From: Catajapyx aquilonaris
Taxonomy: Eukaryota
DNA length: 39,355 nt
Reading direction: 5' to 3'
NCBI GenBank assembly: GCA_000934665.2
Contig: KZ538941.1
Location: 1 to 39,355, forward strand
The translations under genes and the position numbers were made by a program. Numbering within the stretch: position 1 is the first letter of the stretch; every line of letters starts with the position of its first letter. Below, piece by piece: positions 25,067-33,400 of the stretch. The notes below the pieces were generated by a model that worked only from the letters and a program-made list of their open reading frames with translations, did not search any database and had not been told where the DNA came from.

Positions 25067-25683
25067 TTTATTTATTTTACCCCATTGGGAGAATAGGCGC
25101 TCCATTAGGGGGGTGGAATACCGCCATATTTGGATGGGGCCAAGGATATCCAATTCTGCCGTCAGATGTGAGAGGACCGTAACTAGGACTGTGCGATATC
25201 CGAAATTGCATATCGACTTTCGATACTCAAAATATATCGCATCGAAGTCGATATATCGAAAATCGAAAAACCGCCATCGAAAACCGACATCGCAAAATAT
25301 CGCAAACCGACATCGCGATATTCGATACATCGCACATGCCAAGCGTCGGATATCGCAACTTCGATATTAGGAAAATATCGCATCGACACTCGATGTATCG
25401 AAATATCGCACAGCCCTAACCGTAACTCAATATCCACTTCCCTTGCGGCGAGAAAAGAAAGCAAGTGTTACCGAAAGCATCCAAGAGGTGGCGTTGGAGG
25501 AAGGGGGAAAAAGGAACGGGATCCCAACTCCACCTGTTGGGTGCTTTTGGTACCACTGCTTTTTTTCTCGCCGCAAGGGGAAGTGGACATTGAGTTACGG
25601 TCTTCTCATATCTGACGGCAGAATTGTGGTATTCCACCCCCCTAATGGAGCGCCTATTCTCCCAATGGGGTAAAATAAATAAA
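25067..25683. mobile_element. Fold-back MITE with long inverted arms, interrupted by a nested hAT MITE
   Basis: TTTATTTATTTTACCCCATTGGGAGAATAGGCGCTCCATTAGGGGGGTGGAATACC is mirrored at 25628-25683. Internal arm segments also pair (CAATTCTGCCGTCAGAT with ATCTGACGGCAGAATTG; TCCACTTCCCTTGCGGCGAGAAAA with TTTTCTCGCCGCAAGGGGAAGTGGA). Confidence 0.85.
25184..25418. mobile_element. hAT-type MITE with 8-bp TSD, rich in ATCG/CGAT motifs
   Basis: TIRs TAGGACTGTGCGATAT ... ATATCGCACAGCCCTA, with TSD ACCGTAAC at 25176-25183 and 25419-25426. Confidence 0.92.
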
Positions 25684-25862
25684 AATAAATAAATAAACTA
25701 TAGGGAATGAAGCGGCTGCGGCCTATTGTACAGAAACGACCCCTGAATTATCCTGGGGGGACCGTCGAAAGCCACGGTCAGGATCGCCGGCCCCGGGAAT
25801 CGAACCCAGGATCTCCCGATTAGCAGTCGGACTCCTTAACCACCACACCAACCTGCTTCGGT
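25684..25862 (-). mobile_element. Second copy of SINE family B
   Basis: Minus strand begins ACCGAAGCAGGTTGG...GACTGCTAATCGGGAGATCCTGGGTTCGATTCCCGGGGCCGGC like 18446, and ends in a TTTA-type tail. Confidence 0.85.
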
Positions 25863-26116
25863 CTTGAGTTGTTTAATGTTCACGAAAAGTTCATTAAAAT
25901 CTTGCAATCCTGTTTGCACTATTTGGCAACCCTTAAAATGGGACATGCAATGAGAAAGAAATAATTCACACACTCCATTGATATCAATTTTAGAGGAAAA
26001 TATATTTGGAACCCAAAAAATTGGCCATATTTTATTATATCAATGAAAAATTGAATGCTTCTAGCACCTTCTGTAGCCATTATTTTGTAGTTTGCAAAAA
26101 GTTTTCGTCCCTCTGA

Positions 26117-26178
26117 TAGTTACTGCTAACTTAGCAGTACCAGTGTTGGCAATGGTACTGCTAAGTTAGCAGTAACTA
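26117..26178. repeat. Perfect 26-bp inverted repeat with 10-nt loop
   Basis: TAGTTACTGCTAACTTAGCAGTACCA (26117-26142) and TGGTACTGCTAAGTTAGCAGTAACTA (26153-26178). Confidence 0.95.
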
Positions 26179-26332
26179 GCTGTGGGACGTAAATTCCACC
26201 CATACTTTTCAAATCAATTAGGGACCTAACCGAGGATCAAACAGTAGTAGGCAAACTTAATAATTTCGCTGTTTCAGCAAAATAGTCCCTAAGTGGAAAA
26301 TATGTGGCAATATCGGGAGGAGGGGGAGGGGG

Positions 26333-26383
26333 NNNNNNNNNNNNNNNNNNNNNNNNNNNNNNNNNNNNNNNNNNNNNNNNNNN
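26333..26383. other. Assembly gap (51 N) in a G-rich tract
   Basis: N run flanked by G homopolymer tracts. Confidence 0.99.
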
Positions 26384-27210
26384 TCTGGTGGGGGTGGGGG
26401 GGGGGTCCGACTGGAAATGAGCAGCCCAAATTTACTTCCATATGGGCTCAATGCGCAGGACCGTGGGAACTGCAAAGTAGACACATCTCCCAGGTGCAAA
26501 ACAACTGCGCACTTATTCCCAGATGTTAGTGATTAGTGCTCCTTCCTTTTGGAACTGCTCACTCGCTCAGTCGTCTTCTGAGTGTTGTTCACAGCAGTAG
26601 TAGTAGAAGTGTTTCGTCTTGGTTTCGTGTCATTGGTTATGTGGCTGCTGGGACAGTAATTCTACCATTGCGCTTTGCGACGCTGAGAAGTTACTAGTGG
26701 TCTTAGCAACGGAAGAAACAGTGAACGGTATGGATATTTGGCTCAAGACAGGAACGTTGAAAAAGAAGTGCAGTTGAACAGACATCTGGAAACAATGACG
26801 AAACTGTGCGTCAACCCAGTACAAGTTTCTGCAACGCGGAAGTTTGCGAATCTGTGGCACCGGAAGTGCGACAAGAATGGTTGATTATCTGGGCCTGGCA
26901 ACCTGTGCTTTGAAATACTTGATTCCATTTGCCACAACATATTTATGTGAAGCTGGTTTTTCAGCATTAACATCCATAAAAACAAAATACCAGCATCGAC
27001 TGTGTGTGGAAAACGACTTAAGACTCAAATTGACGCCACTTGTCCCAAACATTGACCACATGTGCGCAGGCAAGCAAGCACACCCATCACACTAACTGAT
27101 GGTAAGTGCTCACAATTACTATTATCAGGCAGAATGAGAATGGGGGTACAAATAACTGTCTTGACAAATTTTAAAAGGGGTACATGGCGAAAAAGGTTTG
27201 GGAACCACTG
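26384..27210 (+). mobile_element. Internally deleted hAT Buster/Charlie-family transposon
   Basis: Transposase N-terminus MDIWLKTGTLKRS at 26730 lies close to the C-terminus PFATTYLCEAGFSALTSIKTKYQHRLCVENDLRLKL..PNIDHMCAGKQAHPSH* (to 27095). The right TIR is AAAGGTTTGGGAACCACTG, followed by ATCTAGTA (nnnTAnnn, the Buster-type target). The left TIR is not seen and may lie in the gap. Confidence 0.88.
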
Positions 27211-27329
27211 ATCTAGTAAGTTGTTGGTATTGGCCCAGTTCACCCCACGTGAGTTTGCAAGAAAACAAAGAACCTTAAAGGGAGTGAGGATGTAAAAATC
27301 TACAAAGTACATACCGGTACAATAAATCG

Positions 27330-27475
27330 TCACTTTTTGGACAAATATGTCAAATAGTGGCAAGCAGTCCGTGCTGCCTCCACCTCTGCATCCTCATGTG
27401 ATGTGCCAGCAGTGCCATAGCACACTGCCAATGGGTCTTGCAGAGGACCCAGCCGGACCAGGCACCGGTATAAGC
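27330..27475 (-). CDS. Last coding exon: second half of dsRBD3-type domain
   Basis: Acceptor TTCACCTGCAG, phase 1. Encodes GLYRCLVRLGPLQDPLAVCYGTAGTSHEDAEVEAARTACHYLTYLSKK*, which aligns with the human TRBP C-terminus as I recall it (GLCRCLVELSTQPATVCHGSATTREAARGEAARRALQYLKIMAGSK). Confidence 0.9.
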
Positions 27476-30400
27476 CTGCAGGTGAATGCAAAGAAATCAG
27501 TCTTGCATGCTCTGTGAGAGAAACTATTTAAGGTGAGGTTAAAATGGCAGGCACTACTTCATCAAATTGCTAAAAATAATGGTTAGTTTCTTTGATAACA
27601 TGCAGAAAAAACCCAGATAAATGGGCAAATCACATCAATCAGTGATCTTGCTCCTTCATTCAATTGACTGATTGGTATACTCTACATGAACTACCAGTAA
27701 CTTCTCAATAGTCCATAACTATCGATAGGTTTTTAAAGAAGTATACAACAGCTCACCTGCTGTTGTTGTCGGCATTTGGATGAAAGCTACATCCCATTTC
27801 TCAGCGATCGCAATCTTTCTCAGGATTGTGGCAAAGTTAGGCGGTTTCTTCTCGGTGGCCTGAAAAAGATTTTTGAGTCGAAGAAATACATCACGGGAAA
27901 TGTTTAACATCAAGACCAGCACCAAATCACAACAGATATTTGCAAGTAAACAGGTGCCCTTTCAACAAATTCAAAGGCATCTCTCAAGAACATTGTGAAC
28001 AGGCTAACCATAACAGCTCTGATAGTAAAACATGAGAATAGGTGATATGACCTCAGAACATGAGCCAACAATGAATAAGCTTCATTCCCTGAAAAAATGG
28101 CCCAGTAGCCTACAGCTTCATAGTTTCAATCCCCCAAATAGAGAATCATCATTTACCCGCATCAAAGATGGTCCATCATTGACCTGCAGGGCCCACCCTT
28201 CCTTAATTTGTTCCTTATCCAACCAGTCATCTGCACTTCTATTTTTCAAGATATCCAGCAATAACTAGCATCAGCTAGCATGTAATCACGGCTAGCATCA
28301 ACCCTTTCCCCACTAGCATCAATTAATGCTGAGCTGTTAACATTGGGCCAGGCAGGTAGGGATTCTCCTCAATGATGGGCTTTGAGGTCTCACGTGGTAC
28401 AGTACCTTGGTTGGAACATTGGGATCTTGCACATACACCCCAGATGCCCGATGGGATGCAGACGTTGAAGTTGGGTCCCTTGGTTGTGAGCTTGGGATTG
28501 GCCCAAAATTTGTCTCTTTCCCGCATCTGCAAGAGTGCAGTTAAAAAATTAGCAAAATTGATCTCACAATACCGTATTACTTCATGCAAAGCAACATGCC
28601 GGTGTCGTCCATGGTTCATGTCCACCAGTTTAAAATTAAAAATTAAAATTAGAAATTATTCATGATCTGGTGGCAGCATACTAGGAATGCCAGTATGAGG
28701 CGAGGTTCTCACTTACATTAGCCTTTTATAACTTGATATTTGCTTGAAATCGAAATCCATGAATACAGGCTTGTATCGAAAAGGCACATCTTCAGAATCT
28801 AATACCGTATAGGCCTACAGTAGGCTATGTTCTTTTGAATCTTTTCAATTACAGTGTGTGACAATAATTTGTATGTGCAGTGCATTGTTGTGGAGTACAG
28901 CGATAACTTGATACTTTCACGATCCCCGCTTCGCTGAATTTCTTGGGAGATACAATTATTCGATATTAGCCATTTCATTTATAAATATTACCAATATTTG
29001 GATATTATTAGCTACCTAGCAGTGTGCCTGAAGTATAAAATCAATGAGACCTGCGACAGCAGACGATGGTATTGGTCATGCACTGTGCAACAGCCCTGTA
29101 CTCGCACATTTTTCACCATAACATTATTTCAGTATGGTACCACAAGAATGCAAAATTTTTTTGACTAGGATCAAAATGATGGAAATCTAGGGTTTATTGC
29201 AGCATGCCAGCTACCCCCGGGTTATACCAGCATACTGGTCAATCTTGTCTTATACCGGCATGCCGCTTTATGACAGGTAATACGGTAGGTGCGTAGGTGC
29301 ATTGTCAACCTCTAATTATGGCAAATCAATACATAGGTGCAAAGACTCCAAGTGGTTTGCCTTTCTTGTTCCCACAATTTTTAATCCTATGCAATAAGCA
29401 TAGGGTTTCATGTAAGTGACATCGAACTGCTGAATATGCTTTTGTGATTCATTTTGGTTCTTTCTACCCTGTGCAGCAGGATTGCTAGTTCTTACTCACA
29501 TAATCTGCTTTTGGTCAATTTCTACATATTTTCAGCAACACAGGTTGAAAATCTCATATCTGAAACCCTTATTGGGACAAGACAATTTCAGATTTTTCAA
29601 TAATTGTAATTTAAAAATGTCACAGCACATGTGGTGTGTATGAAAGGTTTGATGAATGTTTCAATAGAAGCAAGAAAACAGCAAACAGGAAACATAGGAA
29701 TTACCTTTATTGACTTTCAAAGTGCCCTCCATCAGACACGACACACTTTTGAAAACATTCGTAAAGCCTCTGAAAAATGTGAGAAAAATTTATCTTTAGA
29801 CCCCCCCCCCTCCCCCCTCCAGATCTGTTGTCACAAGAGCCTGAACCTCCACGACATCCACAAAACGCGATCCCTTCATGAATCCTTTAAGGCTCAGTAT
29901 ATGGTATCACTGTTTTGGATCAACCTCTGTACTACCCCAACCTTTCTCCTGTGGACTTCCTTTTGTTTCATTGTCTTTATGAACGGATCAAGCTTTGTGG
30001 ACATTCCGGCCTGTGCACAGCCATGTGACAAGAGATCTGGAGGGGTTTTTCTAACTGTTCTCAGAAGCTTCACGAAATATTTCAAAAGTGTGTTGTTTGA
30101 TAGCCTGGAGCACTTTGATGGTCAATAAAAGTCATTCCTATGTACCCCTTCTGTTTTGTTATTTTTATTGTAACATTCACCAAACTTTTTAGACACACCA
30201 CATGTGCTGTGACATATTTTAATTGCAAATAGTTCAATATTCCCATAAACTATTAAGGTAACTTTCAAACCAAACATCACATTTTAAGCAAAGTGGTAAG
30301 AAAAATACAGTGTACAGTAGTCGATTCTTTGGGGGAACTACCTAGTGAAACACCCTGTATTTCAAATATTTAAACTGTCTGGTTTTACCTAAAAAGGCAC

Positions 30401-33400
30401 AGTAGGAATGGGTCACCCTCAATAAAGGCAAGACAGCTTGCTTTTCCTTAAAAATAAACAATTCGAGTATTGCACAAAGAAGAAGGAACACTACCTCAAA
30501 ATCAAATAGGTGCATGGACAAGATCCCCCAGAATTATTTATGTTTGTCTTAGCTTCCAAGAAGAGAAACTCTCCTTTTTCACAACCTGTCACTCATGAAA
30601 CCCATGGGAAGGCTATAACCGCCCCTGTTTCATCTGCAACATTTGCACCATGTAAATCTAACACTGTGGGGCGCCTCTTTCCTTGACTCAAAACCAAGAG
30701 GACCAATTTTGCTTTGCTAAATCACCTCTATACACGTACACTCTCATGGAAGATCACACAAGAATGCATCACTTTTTTGGCCTATGACTTTATAGTTTAC
30801 AGTTGTATATTTTCTAATTTGTGCTTACTTTTTGCCTCAAACTTTATCATTATTATTTATTATTATTTTTCCACTTTGTCAATCCAAGGGGTGGGGGATG
30901 GGGCGCCCCCCAGTTGGCCAATATGTGAACTGTATATTTCCATGCACATTCCCACTTGCAACTTTTCTACTTACTTGTTAGTGAAACCCCCTGGAAGTGA
31001 GTTAATAGGATAACCCATTTGCATTTACTGGAGTAAGAACTGTCTGCATGGGAGGGCGCTCGATTTTCAATACGATATATCTTTCATTTTTTTAGACACG
31101 AAATTTTGCGCCGGGGCAGAGGGGCGGTCGCCCCCTCCACGCTACGCCACTGCTTCTCATCACTCTATGTCACCAGTCCCCACAGACCGCCTTCACCGCG
31201 GACCACAGCGGACCGCCTTCATGTACACACAGGCATGTTACCTTCAAAAATAGTTCACATAATCTAATAAGTAATCAGACTTACTTAAATGTCTTTTCCT
31301 TGAATTTTCCATCATCACTGTTCTGGTGACTCGCACCTGCTGGAGAATTATGGCTCACGCATGCTGTAGGGCTTGTAGCTGTTACACGTGCTGTAACAGC
31401 TACATTGCCTTGGCCATGGATACTTAAACTGGAAGAGCCATGTTTTTGCCTTATCATCTCATGCTGTAGGCACATAATCGGCCTATCTGGGGCTAGATCA
31501 CTGCGACCCTGACTTGGTTTCAACTCAAGCAGTATGATGACAGGTACCTCTTCCTTCATCCCCCAATTTTGCAAAGAAGGCTGCTGAAGATCTATGATGT
31601 TTGGGGACATCTTAACCATCCTCACAGCCGAACAATCTTTCAGTAGAGTAGCCACAAAATTTGTAGCTGCAGGTGACCAGTTGATACCCAGCCTGGAAAA
31701 GTCGTAGCAGTGAAGAACTGCATTATTATTTTCAGAAATGATACTATATGTTTTACCCATACATCAGAAAAACAATTAGAGGTTTTAACTACATTTTAAA
31801 AAATTGTGCTGCTCCTTTATAATGGCCACAATCATCATTGCCATCCCACAGAAGTACATGATTAGTGCAGTTAGCACTAACAGATTTTGTGTCTGCTAAA
31901 TTTTGTTAAGATTATCTCATCTGAGCCCGTCTCTTGGGTTTCATTACCACCACAATATGACTACAAATTTTTGAGAGTCCCTCAATACTCTTAAAAAGAC
32001 TAGATATCAGATTGTGTGGGAATGTACTGTTGAAGAATAATTAGGAGCTGGCCTGGCCGGAACGGCCCTGCAGCCCACCAATAATCCCATGGGAATGTAC
32101 TGTAGCATTGATCAACATTTTCTTGCATTTCATCTGCATAGCATAATAATATATTATAACCTCCAAAAGCTAAGTAAGACTGTGGAGAATACACATGCAC
32201 AATCCTGCCACCTGTCTATATACTACCGGGAAAAAACTGCTTGTACCCCTGCAAGAAGTGCCAATGCACGTGTTCCTGAATCAACTGGAAGTCGCAGCAG
32301 CTAGTTGCTAATGCTAGTTTGAGTAGTGCATGCTTCCACGTTCCACCTGCACAGCTATGGCACTGATTGGGGGATACAAGGCACTTTTTTCCAGCAGTGT
32401 ATCACCACAGTGAATCACTTTCTTTTGAATGAAGACCACCAGAGACTTCCCCTATATACTGAGTTCTCTGAAACACAAAAGGCTTTTCTTGCCAATCCCT
32501 GCCACAGTTTATAATCTACGTCGTACAAGCAAAATAAGTTGGTTGCACCTTACAAGAATCATTTTGTACTGTACATTCTTCATGTTTGTGGCATAAGGGC
32601 AACAGGACATGTTCATCATGTGACAAATTTCAATATAAAATCTTTCAATGTATTCCCAATTCAAGTACAATGCTGGGCAAAAAAAGCAAAATAAAAATAA
32701 AAAGCTAAGTTGTTAACCAAGCTAAAATTTTTCCTTTGCAGGTGTGATTGATAAGTAAAATGTACACTCACCCTGTACTCGTCTTTTGGGTGTGTAAGTC
32801 CACCATCTCATTCGTCGGTACCACACCAAAGAGCTTGACCACCATCACCTGGTAGGGCAAGCTCTTGGCCCAGTCAGGTAAACTCCTGATGTTGTAATCA
32901 GGAACTCTTATAGAGTAGCCTCTATCTACCAACATCACGGTGTACTCCATGGTATCATCCAGTTGATGCACCTCTTCCACAACAGCCCTCTGCCACTTTT
33001 TGCTGCTGCTGCCTGCATAAAATGCCGCAACCATCTGTTTAGAAGGAAAGGAGAGTGATATTAATCGCACCTCGGCAATAACAGGGGCACAAGTCCAAAA
33101 AGTCAATTTCACAGGAGAGCACTTTGAAAGTTGTATAGTGTTGGTATAGTGTTATCATAAATCAGGTATTGATGCAGCATTCGAATAATCAGAATTACTA
33201 ATTATTAATTTTTAGAAATCAGAATATGCATTCTGAATGTGCACACGGTCATGGACCCTGCTCTAGTAATAAGTCAAAATCGTCATTGTTGGACTTATGC
33301 CCCTGTTATTGCCGGGATGCGTTATAATAACCAGCTGTGATTTGACTGCTGATGAAGGAATATATGGCACCCACCTCTCTTTCTTCGGGCTCAATCTGGG

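Noticed and set aside
25023..25464. Overlapping Arg/Ile/Asp-rich ORFs of 93-143 aa
   Set aside because: They are artefacts of the ATCG-repeat MITE and fold-back arms.
27860..28018. Upstream extension of the dsRBD exon (ORF 27719-27925 and AVMVSLFTMF...)
   Set aside because: It needs a frameshift and the wrong phase. The TTTTTCAG acceptor before 27859 gives a clean phase-0 join.
30495..30716. Possible extra phase-2 exon of the Tudor gene (KAKLVLLVLSQGKRR...)
   Set aside because: It contains an in-frame TGA, has a weak acceptor, shows no recognisable motif, and is not needed for a continuous ORF.
32000..32550. Coding-looking intronic stretch with a YIGE (GIY-YIG-like) word
   Set aside because: There are stops in all frames and no second motif. 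It is not phase-required for the gene model.
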